From the NCBI GenBank assembly GCA_964604135.1, contig CAZRXU010000002.1, forward strand, positions 636 through 64,635: DNA of 64,000 nucleotides, in the 5' to 3' direction. Numbering within the stretch: the first letter of the stretch is position 1; every line of letters begins with the position of its first letter. This DNA is from an uncultured bacterium (lineage in GTDB: Bacteria > Fermentibacterota > Fermentibacteria > Fermentibacterales > JCC-6). The translations under genes were made by a program, and so were the position numbers. The notes under the pieces were generated by a model. The model searched no databases, was not told the DNA's origin, and worked only from the letters and a program-made list of their open reading frames with translations. Shown here in pieces: positions 43,594-53,371 of this stretch.

Positions 43594-44619
43594 TCAGAAT
43601 GACCTTCCGAAGGCACTTTGAATCAACATACCCTCTTCACTCCAGGCAGCATCCAGCCGCATTTGTGCCGAAGAATTCAGCTTGATATCCAGCCCGCACC
43701 CACAGTCGGTGTGAAGTCTGTTAATGGTTAGTTCTGTGAATTCTTCTGCGGCTTCCCCTGCTTCTGCAAAAACCGTGGCACCAATTGTTAGTGCCTGATC
43801 ACTTCCAGCCTTACCAAGTGTGAACAGATCCTGCCTTACTTCAAACTGGGAAAGGTTCCACACGGTACCGGTGAACCTGTAGTCTTTGTAGCCTCTGAAA
43901 TTTTCGTTCTGGCCGATACCTGCCACATAGGGAACCGGTGCTTTCGCAGCGTTGAACTGCCGGTGAACTCTTGTACCGAGTGCAATTTCGCCGCCTGACC
44001 ATGGTCTTACAGTACCTCTGACTTTACCTGAAAGACCGCTGTAAGACACATCTCCAGCTTGAAAGAAGCCCCCGGCGCAAAGAAGTATGTCTCCATTTAC
44101 GGGAATAGCTGTGGTGTAGTCGATTCTTCCGCTGAGTCCTGTTGTCCAGGTTGAAGCGAAGTTCTCCTCTGAAAGGCTGCTCCACAGAACACTTTGTTCC
44201 CTGTTGAACACGGAAGAGTGCCGGACATCAAGACCTGCTGTAAAGGAAAAATGGCTGCCGGCTGGAGCGGTGAAGGTTACAAGCAGGTCTGCTTTTTCAA
44301 AATCCATTGTTGCAAAAGAGTCGGGATCTGTATTGTTTCCCCAGCCGTACCATTCTTTGCCGATAACCTTTCTGTAACCGGGACTGATTGAAAGCAGTCC
44401 CGAGTGATACACTCTTAGCATCTCCGGCTGGAACTTTATTACTCCTGCGGTACCATAGTATGTGTTGACTGTGAATTGCCCCGGAGGGGAGGAGAGAGGA
44501 AAGACCAGGAACCCTCCGAAGATGAATCCTGATGAGGCGGAATACCCCAGTGTGGGCAGGGCGGAGAAAGCAAAAGCAGAGGCAACGAATAATGCCAGAA
44601 TGGCTGTTGTTTTTTTCAT
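43594..44619 (-). CDS. Putative outer-membrane beta-barrel protein
   Basis: ATG 44619 (MKKTTAILALFVASAFAFSA signal peptide). Alternating beta-strand pattern. C-terminus ...SAFGRSF ends in Phe. Confidence 0.6.
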   Translation of the reverse strand: MKKTTAILALFVASAFAFSALPTLGYSASSGFIFGGFLVFPLSSPPGQFTVNTYYGTAGVIKFQPEMLRVYHSGLLSISPGYRKVIGKEWYGWGNNTDPDSFATMDFEKADLLVTFTAPAGSHFSFTAGLDVRHSSVFNREQSVLWSSLSEENFASTWTTGLSGRIDYTTAIPVNGDILLCAGGFFQAGDVSYSGLSGKVRGTVRPWSGGEIALGTRVHRQFNAAKAPVPYVAGIGQNENFRGYKDYRFTGTVWNLSQFEVRQDLFTLGKAGSDQALTIGATVFAEAGEAAEEFTELTINRLHTDCGCGLDIKLNSSAQMRLDAAWSEEGMLIQSAFGRSF

Positions 44620-44728
44620 GTTCTTCCCTTTCCTGAAAGTATTTGTGAACATACTGTGTGTGTCTGCATCGGGGAAGAGTGAGTTTGTAACCGCACAGCA
44701 ATGGATTATATTGACGCAAATTGTGAAA

Positions 44729-45451
44729 ATGAGAGGGGAAGGTTTGGGAAAACCGCTTGTAGTAATACCGACCTACAACGAGTATGAGAACATAGGAAAG
44801 ATCATCCCCGAGCTGCTTGCGCTTCCCATTGAAGCAAGCATTCTTGTGGTTGATGATTCCAGCCCTGACGGTACAGGTGATGTGGTGCTTTCCTTCAGGG
44901 ACACAGGCAGGGTTCATCTTCTCAGCAGGCCCCAGAAGAACGGTCTGGGGCAGGCTTATGTGGCAGGTTTTGCCTGGGCACTTGAGAGGCCGGAGTACGA
45001 CCCTGTTATACAGATGGATGCGGATTTTTCCCACGACCCCCACGCCGTTCCGGAACTGGTGAAACAGCTTGAAACACACGATTTTGTGATTGGGTCCAGA
45101 TACATCAGCGGTGTTAACGTGGTGAACTGGCCTCTGCACCGGTTGATGCTTTCCTGGTTTGCAAGCAGGTATTCAAAGATAATTACAGGCCTTCCTGTTG
45201 AAGACGCAACAGGAGGATTCAAGGCTTTCAGAAGATCAACCCTGGAGAAACTGGACCTCTCTTCCATAAGATCCGACGGGTACTCGTTTCAGATTGAGGT
45301 TACATACAAGCTGTACAAGGCTGGCTGTTCCATAAAAGAAGTTCCAATTGTATTCGTTGACAGGCATTCCGGGACATCCAAGATGTCCCGATCCATAGTG
45401 TGGGAAGCGGCCTGGATGGTCTGGCACATTCGTTTCCCGCGGTTATTCTGA
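44729..45451 (+). CDS. Polyprenol-phosphate mannose synthase-like GT2 glycosyltransferase
   Basis: VVIPTYNE.ENI....E........ILVVDD.SPDGTG....., MDADFSHDP, GSRY..G and GGFKAF match Dpm1/Ppm1-type GT2 enzymes. Start at ATG 44729. Confidence 0.85.
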   Translation: MRGEGLGKPLVVIPTYNEYENIGKIIPELLALPIEASILVVDDSSPDGTGDVVLSFRDTGRVHLLSRPQKNGLGQAYVAGFAWALERPEYDPVIQMDADFSHDPHAVPELVKQLETHDFVIGSRYISGVNVVNWPLHRLMLSWFASRYSKIITGLPVEDATGGFKAFRRSTLEKLDLSSIRSDGYSFQIEVTYKLYKAGCSIKEVPIVFVDRHSGTSKMSRSIVWEAAWMVWHIRFPRLF

Positions 45452-45460
45452 GGGGATTAT

Positions 45461-47716
45461 ATGCACGTCCTTTTAATGATTCTGCTGTCGGCTGTTCCCC
45501 AGTGGAAGCTGAGTACTTCGGTGTCCTATGTTTACAATGTTAGTTCTGACCACGATAATGGCGTTTGGTGTGCTTCTTCGGGAGGTGTTTTTCACTACTC
45601 TCCGGAATCCGGAATCGGGGTTGTTTACTCCTGTCCTGATGACCTTTCAATTCCGGACTGCAGAGACATTCTTCTTGACTCGGGTAACCGTTTGTGGATT
45701 GCCACCGGAGGTGACTATCTGGTAATGAAGAGTGGCGACATCTGGTCGAGTTACAGCAGTTTTGAGGGAGTTCCCGGTCAGGGTAGAATAAATGCTCTGG
45801 CAGAATCCGGGAACCATATATGGCTTGGCTGCAACGGCGGATTTGCCAGGGGAGATTCATCGGGTTTCGTTCCTGTCACAGCTGCCGGAGTGTTTAATCC
45901 AGAAGATGTATACTCGCTTGCAGATCGCAACGATACCCTGTGGGTCTGTACCGGCAGGGGTGTTTATTCTCTGCCAACCGATTCACTTCATGACCCGTAC
46001 AACCCGAATTCATGGAGTTTTTTCCAGGAAACGCAGGGGCTTCAGTTAAACCGTATCAGAACAGGCGAGCACCGTGTGTACGTGTGTGGAGCCAGCGGAG
46101 CCATGGAGCTGAAACCCGGGGTAGACTCATTTCAGTTTATAATTGACTACACAACTGTTTCAGACAGCGCGATTGTTGATGTAATGGAAACCTCCCAGGG
46201 GCTTCTTGCTGCAGGTCATGGTGTTGTTTTCCGCCGGGAAGGTACCGTGTGGTCAAGGCTGGGGTCAGGTATTCCCATCTCCCAGTGGCCCACTGTTCTG
46301 TTTGAGGTTGCAGGCGGGATACACTGCGGTTTCAGTTTTGTTGACAATCTCATTGATATCAACAATACCCAGACCGGCATGGGCTTTTTCTACCTCGATG
46401 GAAGCAAATGGAGTCATTTTGTTACCCCTGGTATGCAGTGCAAGAATACCCATCAGATGTTTTCCTGCGAAGATGGAAGAGTGTATGCGGGTACCCATGC
46501 CAGGGGAGTTCAGGCATACTACCCCGGTCACGGCTGGAGAAGTTTTGTTGAGCCTGATGGTATGCCGAATTCATTTCAAACCCTGTCTGTGGCTTCAGAC
46601 CCCGAAAGGGGTGTATGGGCATCTTCTTACCACTTCGGTCTTTCGTGGATTCAAGACAACGGAACATACGAGAGTTCAGGTGATACAATTCTGACCTTCG
46701 TAAAAGATTCTCTGGCATGGTACAGCCCTGAGGCTACCATCATAGAGGCAGACATTCCCAACAATCAGCCTGTTATGCTTGCGGCGCAGAACAACGGTAT
46801 GTGGGCGGCTTTCCGCCAGTTTGATCCGGCGGGAGCTCCTGACGAACGAAGCGGAATTCTCGGGTTCAACGGCGACCCCATGGGAACAATGAACTGGGCT
46901 CCCCGTGTAGGCGGCAGCGGTATTGCTTCTGTTAATGTCCGATCGGTCTATCCTGCGTCGCAGGACAGCCTGTGGGTGGCTTTTGAAACAGGTGGAGGCT
47001 GTCAGCTTCTTGTTCACTCCGGAAATCCATCTGACCGGTCACACGATTCGTGGTATCCAGGTTCAGGGCGGGCATTTTCCACTGCTTCAGGCCTTCCATC
47101 CGGAGAGGTTTTCTGTTTTCTGAAAGTTCCAGGTACTGGGCTACTTGCCGGAACAGCAGAAGGTTTGGCTCTGTGGACTGGCACAGGATTTACCCAGTAT
47201 CAGAGCATTACTGAGCAGATTAAGACCATGTCTCTTGATGCCAGAGGAAGAATCTGGTGTTTGGGTGAAGCAGGGGTTTACAGGATTTCAGACGGTCAGG
47301 TAAGTGTTTACAACCAGTTGAACAGTGACTTTGTACAGTCACCTCAGTACCTGTGGGAGTATTCTACCACAGATGCTGTTAACGGGGGAGTTTACTTTTC
47401 TTCAGCCGAGGGTCTGTGGCTTGTCAGTCAGAGCGGAGACACCGGTGCAGCTGGCAGCGGTGTGTCATTCTATCCTCAACCATTTGTTTGCGGGGAAGAT
47501 CCGCTGAGATTGTGCGGTGTGGAAGAGGATAGTCCGGTAACGGTGGAGTTTTTCAGGCTGGATGGTTCACATACAGGAACTGTGAGCGCACAGTCTGTAT
47601 CTGGCTGGATCTGGGATGGAAGTCTTGGTGGAAACAAAGTGGCCAGTGGGGTGTACATGGTTCTTGTTACCGTTAACGATGTTGTTTACCCGACAAGGAT
47701 ATCGGTGGTAAGATGA
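45461..47716 (+). CDS. Secreted beta-propeller repeat protein (two-component-regulator-propeller-like) with a T9SS/FlgD-Ig-like C-terminal domain
   Basis: Repeated ..LW.G/AT..G.. blades (NRLWIATGG, NHIWLGCNGG, DTLWVCTGRG). C-terminus VEFFRLDGSH.G.....W.....G..VASGVYMVLV...ISVVR. Confidence 0.6.
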   Translation: MHVLLMILLSAVPQWKLSTSVSYVYNVSSDHDNGVWCASSGGVFHYSPESGIGVVYSCPDDLSIPDCRDILLDSGNRLWIATGGDYLVMKSGDIWSSYSSFEGVPGQGRINALAESGNHIWLGCNGGFARGDSSGFVPVTAAGVFNPEDVYSLADRNDTLWVCTGRGVYSLPTDSLHDPYNPNSWSFFQETQGLQLNRIRTGEHRVYVCGASGAMELKPGVDSFQFIIDYTTVSDSAIVDVMETSQGLLAAGHGVVFRREGTVWSRLGSGIPISQWPTVLFEVAGGIHCGFSFVDNLIDINNTQTGMGFFYLDGSKWSHFVTPGMQCKNTHQMFSCEDGRVYAGTHARGVQAYYPGHGWRSFVEPDGMPNSFQTLSVASDPERGVWASSYHFGLSWIQDNGTYESSGDTILTFVKDSLAWYSPEATIIEADIPNNQPVMLAAQNNGMWAAFRQFDPAGAPDERSGILGFNGDPMGTMNWAPRVGGSGIASVNVRSVYPASQDSLWVAFETGGGCQLLVHSGNPSDRSHDSWYPGSGRAFSTASGLPSGEVFCFLKVPGTGLLAGTAEGLALWTGTGFTQYQSITEQIKTMSLDARGRIWCLGEAGVYRISDGQVSVYNQLNSDFVQSPQYLWEYSTTDAVNGGVYFSSAEGLWLVSQSGDTGAAGSGVSFYPQPFVCGEDPLRLCGVEEDSPVTVEFFRLDGSHTGTVSAQSVSGWIWDGSLGGNKVASGVYMVLVTVNDVVYPTRISVVR

Positions 47717-48690
47717 GTATCAGAGTCAGAAGAGTTCTGAAGAAAGACAGAGCGGCCTGGGTGGCGTTTGTGGAAAGATCAAACAATGGAACAGTATTCC
47801 ATTCACCGAGTTTTCTGGACTATCACCCTGAAGGCAGATTTGACAATCACCATCTTGTGGCGGAAAGCAGTTCCGGGAAAACAATGGCTTTTATTCCGGG
47901 AGCGGTTTCACAGTGGGATGACGGCCCGTGGTTCAGAAGCTATCCGGGAGCCTCCTACGGCGGTCCTGTTCTCGATGACAGTCTGGGTCTTGACAAGGTG
48001 GAGAAGCTTACGGATGCGCTTATAAAGTACTGCAGGCAGCAGGGCTTCAAAGGAATAGAGATGACGCTTCCGCCTTTGCCCTATTTCAGACGGCCTCACA
48101 ACTACATAGACTTTTCCCTTATCAAAAACGGTTTCAGCTACAGGAAAAGGGAACTTACTGCGGTTATAGATCTCAGAAGGCTTGGCGAGGAAATAGACCT
48201 GGGTTTTAGTCAGTCGGCGAGAAGAGGGGTTCGCAAGGCTGTAAAATCAGGTTTACGCGTGGTGGAAGACAACGATTTTTCAAGGTTCTACCCTGTTCTT
48301 GAAAGCAACCTGAAACAAAGGCACAATGTAAAGCCCACCCACACACTGGAAGAGCTGAAACTTCTGGATGATCTTCTGGGTGCCGGCAGTGTAAAGCAGT
48401 TTATCTCTGTAGACGATTCCGGAGAAGTATACGCTGGAATGATAATGTTCCACTGTAACCCGAGAGTAACTCTCGCTTTTTATATATCCCACAATGAACA
48501 GCATCAGGCCCTCCGTCCTGTAAACATTGTTTATCGTGAAGTTATCAACTGGGCCAGAAAGATGGGATATCACTACCTCGATCTTGGAACCTACACACTG
48601 AACATGGAGGTCAACTACGGTCTGTGCAGGTTCAAGGAATCGTTTTCCGCAAGGGGGCAGTTCAGAAATACCTTCACAGGCAAGATCTGA
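47713..48690 (+). CDS. FemAB-like / GNAT-fold acyltransferase
   Basis: ATGA overlap with the previous gene. The N-terminal W..FV......VFHS..FLDYH and the paired GNAT-like halves resemble FemAB/Acetyltransf_6 family proteins. Confidence 0.55.
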   Translation: MSIRVRRVLKKDRAAWVAFVERSNNGTVFHSPSFLDYHPEGRFDNHHLVAESSSGKTMAFIPGAVSQWDDGPWFRSYPGASYGGPVLDDSLGLDKVEKLTDALIKYCRQQGFKGIEMTLPPLPYFRRPHNYIDFSLIKNGFSYRKRELTAVIDLRRLGEEIDLGFSQSARRGVRKAVKSGLRVVEDNDFSRFYPVLESNLKQRHNVKPTHTLEELKLLDDLLGAGSVKQFISVDDSGEVYAGMIMFHCNPRVTLAFYISHNEQHQALRPVNIVYREVINWARKMGYHYLDLGTYTLNMEVNYGLCRFKESFSARGQFRNTFTGKI

Positions 48691-48695
48691 TTTCC

Positions 48696-49934
48696 ATGGA
48701 TTTTCGCACAATTGTTGCCTGGAGCGGTCTTCTGATCATGTTCTTCGGTGGTCGGCTGATGACAACTGATATTGCAGCTCAGTATCAGGTAGCCGAGTCT
48801 GTTTATGGAACCAGAGATTTGTTTACCTCTGAGGACGGATGGCATGTGTCCGGTGTGAGATCTGACAGCTATGTTCCCCATGCGCCGGGCTACTCTGTTG
48901 TTCTTCTGCCGTCGGCGGGAATAGGGCTGGTTCTGGGGCTGGCCGCAGGCAAAGTGGCGGCGGCTTTTGCAGGTGCTGTTGCAAGCGTATTTCTTGTTCT
49001 TTCTGTTAAGAAGCTGGCCGAGGGGTTTATGGGGCCTGTCGGTTTGAACAGATTTCTTGCGGTTATGGTGGGTACCATGGCTCTTGTTTATGGCAGAATG
49101 CCCTACGATGTTACAACAGCAGCGGCCCTGGCTTTGTGGGGGGCATGGTTGATGCAGACAGACAGATCGTTTGCAGCAGGTATTCTGCTGGGCGCAGCTC
49201 TTCTGGTACGTCCTGACTCAATTGTTCTTTTGCCGGTTTACTGGACAGAAAACAGAAACCCTGAGAAGTTCGCCTTCGCAGCGGCAGGGGCATTCCCTTT
49301 TGTTCTGGGGATTCTTGGATATAACTACTATCGTTTTGGATCCATACTTTCAGATGGACATTCTCAAGACCCCGCCATCGCACTGGACATGCTCAGCCGT
49401 GGAATCCCGGGGCTTCTTCTGAGCCCCGGCAAGGGGCTGTTCTGGTATGCTCCGCTTACCATACTGGCGATTTTTTACTGTGGAGACTGGCGGTTCTGGA
49501 GCCCTTTTGTTTTCTCTCTTGTTCTTCACGGGTTTCTTCATGATTGGACAGGGGGAACAGGTTGGGGGCCGAGATTTCTGTTTACGGCTTTGCCGGTTTT
49601 ATTCATGCCGCTTTTGCGCCCGGGTACAGGCGGTAAGTTGTTCAAGGTGCTTGCCTGTGTTTCTATTGTGATTACACTTGCCGCAGGCATTACCAGTACC
49701 AATGCCCTTGAACAGAGGCTGGGCGCCGACGAATTTGACTCACAGTCAAGGCAGGCTGTTGTGTGGAATCCACGCAGGTCACCGTTGCTGCACACACTGC
49801 TTCATCCCGATATTATTCACCCCGACCTGCTTGGATACCACGTAGCAGGAATACCCGGTGCGATTGCGCAACTGGCTGCAGGTGCTGCTCTGCTTCTGTA
49901 CGCAGAGAAGGGGAAGGGGTGGAAGAAGGCATGA
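48696..49934 (+). CDS. Polytopic membrane protein, possible GT-C (ArnT/PMT-like) glycosyltransferase or polymerase
   Basis: At least 10 hydrophobic segments. Start at ATG 48696. Function inferred from topology and context only. Confidence 0.4.
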   Translation: MDFRTIVAWSGLLIMFFGGRLMTTDIAAQYQVAESVYGTRDLFTSEDGWHVSGVRSDSYVPHAPGYSVVLLPSAGIGLVLGLAAGKVAAAFAGAVASVFLVLSVKKLAEGFMGPVGLNRFLAVMVGTMALVYGRMPYDVTTAAALALWGAWLMQTDRSFAAGILLGAALLVRPDSIVLLPVYWTENRNPEKFAFAAAGAFPFVLGILGYNYYRFGSILSDGHSQDPAIALDMLSRGIPGLLLSPGKGLFWYAPLTILAIFYCGDWRFWSPFVFSLVLHGFLHDWTGGTGWGPRFLFTALPVLFMPLLRPGTGGKLFKVLACVSIVITLAAGITSTNALEQRLGADEFDSQSRQAVVWNPRRSPLLHTLLHPDIIHPDLLGYHVAGIPGAIAQLAAGAALLLYAEKGKGWKKA

Positions 49935-51004
49935 AGATACTTCACCTGTCTCCGCAGAATTACACGGGAATACTTACGCTTTTTGTTAAGGGACATCGTG
50001 CTCTGGGGCACGAAAGCAGGCTTGTTACCTTCTACAGAGCGAAGAATCGGTATCCGGAAGACATCTGTCTTAATCTGCCCTTCGTCGGACCGATGGAATG
50101 GTTGTGGAAGGTAAAGAGGCTTATACGAAGCGGCAGCCTTCGAGTGCCGTTCACCGGAACAACGCAGAGGATATTCTGGAAGCCTTCAAGGGCAGAGAGA
50201 ATACTGATGCCTCTCCGTGATCTGCTGTGGTCCCCGTTTGTTAACAGAGCCTGCAGGAAGTACGGATTTTCCGATTTTGACATACATGTTCTTGAAGGGG
50301 GAATGAGCTTTTTCAGAGACGGAAGAGATGTAAAGAAGCTCAGGGCCGCAGGGAAACACATAGTTTCAAACTACCACGGTCTTGATCTGCGGATGCGGGG
50401 AGCCATAAAACCGGTGTGGGACGCCACAGAGCTTCATACCACATGTGAATTCGATCTTTTCCAGAGGTACGAAGAGCTGGAGTACCTTTTTCTGCCCTTC
50501 GATACCGCCCTGGTTCCTCCCGCAGAGCCTTCGGGGAAAATTATTAAGATATGCCACGCTCCAAGAATAAGATCGGTTAAAGGAACAGACACAATTATCA
50601 GAATCGTGGAGAAGCTTTCTGAAACCCTGCCGGTGGAAATGGTTCTTATAGAAAACATGCCTCACCAGGAGGCTCTGAGGTTGAAATCAAAGTGTCACAT
50701 AGCTATAGACCAGATTGCCAGTGGAGATATGGGTTACGGTGTTAACTCGCTGGAGAGCCTGGCCATGGGAGTTTGCACAGTTACCAATCTATCTGAGGCC
50801 TATCAGGAATTTATACCTGATCATCCATTTGCACTTGCAGAGCCCCACAATCTGGAAGCTGTTCTTCGCAGGCTGATTCTTGACGGGCAGCTGCGTGACA
50901 GATATGCCGCGTCTGGCCCGGTCTGGATAAGAAAAACGCACCACTGGAAAACTGTTGCCAGCCGGATGCATGCGCGTTACGCCGAACTGGGGTGGGCTGA
51001 ATAA
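49931..51004 (+). CDS. GT-B fold glycosyltransferase (GT4-like)
   Basis: ATGA overlap with the previous gene. C-terminal GYGVNSLESLAMGVCTV resembles the GT4 sugar-donor-binding region. Confidence 0.55.
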   Translation: MKILHLSPQNYTGILTLFVKGHRALGHESRLVTFYRAKNRYPEDICLNLPFVGPMEWLWKVKRLIRSGSLRVPFTGTTQRIFWKPSRAERILMPLRDLLWSPFVNRACRKYGFSDFDIHVLEGGMSFFRDGRDVKKLRAAGKHIVSNYHGLDLRMRGAIKPVWDATELHTTCEFDLFQRYEELEYLFLPFDTALVPPAEPSGKIIKICHAPRIRSVKGTDTIIRIVEKLSETLPVEMVLIENMPHQEALRLKSKCHIAIDQIASGDMGYGVNSLESLAMGVCTVTNLSEAYQEFIPDHPFALAEPHNLEAVLRRLILDGQLRDRYAASGPVWIRKTHHWKTVASRMHARYAELGWAE

Positions 51005-52443
51005 TGTCGCAGACCGGGCAGAGAGATCTGGCTAAAGAAACCCTTCTTTACGCGCTTGCAATGGTGGTCAGCGGTCTGGTTCAGTTCGCCTTCCTGCCGT
51101 TTATGAGTACATTTCTTACTCCGGAACAGGCTGGCGAGCTTGGCGTGGTTAGAATTGTCAGCGAAATAATTGCAGGTATAGTGGTTCTTGGCCTTCCGGC
51201 ATCAATAATAAGAGCATGGCACACCACAGGTGCTCACAGAGCTGTTCTTGTACGTTCGATTCTGTTTCCCCTTGTCCCCCTCTTTGTCTCGGCGGTACTT
51301 GTTGCTGTCTTCGGTGGTAAACTTGCCGGTCTGCTTCATGTTACAGATGCCTCTCTGTTCCTTCACGCACTGGCTCTGGGCGGGGGCGTTGCTCTGCTGC
51401 AGGTTGCCCTTTCCATGCCTAGGGCACAGGGAATGGCCGGTACATACTTCAGCATTCAGTTTGTAAGGGGTATACTGTCGCTTGTTCTGCTGTTCTTTCT
51501 GCTTCGCAGTGCAGTTGCCGGAGGAGTTGTAAAATCTTTTCTTGAGGCCAGATGGATACCAACAGCATTGACTGTAGTATTCTCTTTTGTGTTTATGTGG
51601 AGGGTTACCGGAAAAACCTCCGGGGAAAAGCCGCCGGAACATCTTTCGGGAACAATGCTGGCATTCAGCCTGCCCCTTGTTCCCGCAAGTCTTGCCATGC
51701 TGGTTCTTTCCAGCGCAGATATGTTCATGCTTCGAACCGTTTCCACAGATATGGCACAGAGCGGATGGTACGAATGGGCAGGCAGGGCTGTTCTTGTTCT
51801 TACACCGCTTACACTGGGATTCGGCATGGCATGGCACCGATACATCTTTAGAAAGAAAAAGCAGGGTGGAAGAATGGAAGAGCTTGGAAGAAGTGCTCTT
51901 CTGTTCATGGTTACGGTGAACTGGGCGGCCATGGTTCTTGCCATACTGTCCAGCGAAATAGTATCGGTCTTTGGTGGAGGAGAGTGGCTTCCCGCAGCCA
52001 GGGTGCTTCCTTGGATTGCCGGGTCGGCAGCAATGTACTCTCTTTTCACCATTTCGCAGACCGCGCCGTTGCTTACCGGCCAGACGAAGTACATAGGTTG
52101 GATGACAGCTTTCGGTGCCGTTCTTAACATCGGGTTTAACCTTCGTCTTATACCGGTGGCGGGAGCGGTGGGCGCGGCTTTCGCAACGCTGGCGACAAAC
52201 ATGTTCATGGCACTTTCTCTTTTCTGGATCGGAAGAAAGGTTTTTCCTGTAAGTTTTCCGGCTGTGGTTGTAATGGTAATTCTTCCAGTGTTTTCAGGAC
52301 CGTTGTCTGGAATGGCTCCTGTGTACAGGGTAGTTGCCATACTCGCAGGTACAGCGCTAACAGTAACTGTTATTAACGTGCTCAGAACACTGGGAACCGG
52401 TGACATGCTTAAACCATCAGGTGGAGACAGCCATGAGCTTTGA
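51004..52443 (+). CDS. Polysaccharide flippase (Wzx / MOP superfamily)
   Basis: 479 aa with about 12-14 TM segments. The N-terminal ..LAKETLLYALAMVVSGLVQF pattern is typical of polysaccharide biosynthesis proteins. TAATG overlap. Confidence 0.7.
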   Translation: MSQTGQRDLAKETLLYALAMVVSGLVQFAFLPFMSTFLTPEQAGELGVVRIVSEIIAGIVVLGLPASIIRAWHTTGAHRAVLVRSILFPLVPLFVSAVLVAVFGGKLAGLLHVTDASLFLHALALGGGVALLQVALSMPRAQGMAGTYFSIQFVRGILSLVLLFFLLRSAVAGGVVKSFLEARWIPTALTVVFSFVFMWRVTGKTSGEKPPEHLSGTMLAFSLPLVPASLAMLVLSSADMFMLRTVSTDMAQSGWYEWAGRAVLVLTPLTLGFGMAWHRYIFRKKKQGGRMEELGRSALLFMVTVNWAAMVLAILSSEIVSVFGGGEWLPAARVLPWIAGSAAMYSLFTISQTAPLLTGQTKYIGWMTAFGAVLNIGFNLRLIPVAGAVGAAFATLATNMFMALSLFWIGRKVFPVSFPAVVVMVILPVFSGPLSGMAPVYRVVAILAGTALTVTVINVLRTLGTGDMLKPSGGDSHEL

Positions 52444-53371
52444 TATTTCCGTACAGGTTCCGGTTAGAAACGGTGGAGAGAAGTTCAGAAGGTTTCTGGG
52501 AAGCCTTGCAGCTCAGGATCTTCAGAGGCCTTGGGAGCTGGTGATAGTAGACGATGGAAGTGATCAGCCAGTGTCGCAGGAATTTCAGAAGGAACTGGGT
52601 ATGCTGCTTGATCTGTGTTCGGTGAAAGTTGTGGCAATGGTTTCAGGAGGAAAAAGACCCGCAGCAAGAAACATGGCATTGGAGTTGTCAGAGGCACCTG
52701 TTGCACTGCTTATGGACGCTGATCTTGAATTTGGCCCATCCCTTTTAAGAAAGCACCTTGAAGTGCGGGAAGATGCAGGTGCCGATGTTGTAATGGGCAG
52801 AAGGGTTAACGGCTGGAGTTCAAACGCCACTCCATGGCAGAAATGGTTTGATACCAGGGCTATGGGGGATTCTCCCCCTGGAAAATTTCCCTGGAATTAT
52901 TTTATTACAGGGAATCTGTCTGTTACCTCGAGCCTGCTGGAAAAAGCAGGAGGTTTTGACACTGCCATCGACCGTTACGGAGGCGAGGATACAGAGATGG
53001 GTTACCGGTTGGAGCAGATGGGAGTTTTGTTTCACTGGGCTCCTTCTCTGACAGTAAACCACCTTGATGATGTTACGGTAACAGAGCATTCCGGAAAGAT
53101 GCTTGAGTACGGCAGCACCGGTTTGAAGTACACACTAGAGAAACACCCGGGAATACAGGGGCTTCTGGGAAGTCAGTGGGTGGCACCTGTTTTTTCAAAA
53201 CCAGTATATCTTTTTCTCATGAGAATACTTGCAAGGATTGCTCTTGCGGCGCCGGTTTACCGGGCAGTACTGGTTTTTATGCAAAAACACGGCAGACCGC
53301 AGGTTCTGTTTACCTACCTCTCGGTAGGGGCATGTTTGATCGGGCTTCGCGGGGGTGACTACAGGAAATGA
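52433..53371 (+). CDS. GT2 glycosyltransferase
   Basis: ISVQVPVRNGG......L.SL..Q......ELVIVDDGSD and the LMDADLEF (DxD) motif. Overlaps the flippase stop by 11 nt. Confidence 0.8.
   Translation: MSFDISVQVPVRNGGEKFRRFLGSLAAQDLQRPWELVIVDDGSDQPVSQEFQKELGMLLDLCSVKVVAMVSGGKRPAARNMALELSEAPVALLMDADLEFGPSLLRKHLEVREDAGADVVMGRRVNGWSSNATPWQKWFDTRAMGDSPPGKFPWNYFITGNLSVTSSLLEKAGGFDTAIDRYGGEDTEMGYRLEQMGVLFHWAPSLTVNHLDDVTVTEHSGKMLEYGSTGLKYTLEKHPGIQGLLGSQWVAPVFSKPVYLFLMRILARIALAAPVYRAVLVFMQKHGRPQVLFTYLSVGACLIGLRGGDYRK

Noticed and set aside
51456-52406. 316-aa minus-strand ORF, with similar long antisense ORFs at 51202-51837, 53524-54198, 53931-54602, 44297-45139, 59273-59956 and 36826-37602.
   Set aside because: All lie opposite plus-strand genes with strong family motifs and operon-style start/stop coupling. 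Their translations are low-complexity (Pro/Ser/Arg/Cys rich).
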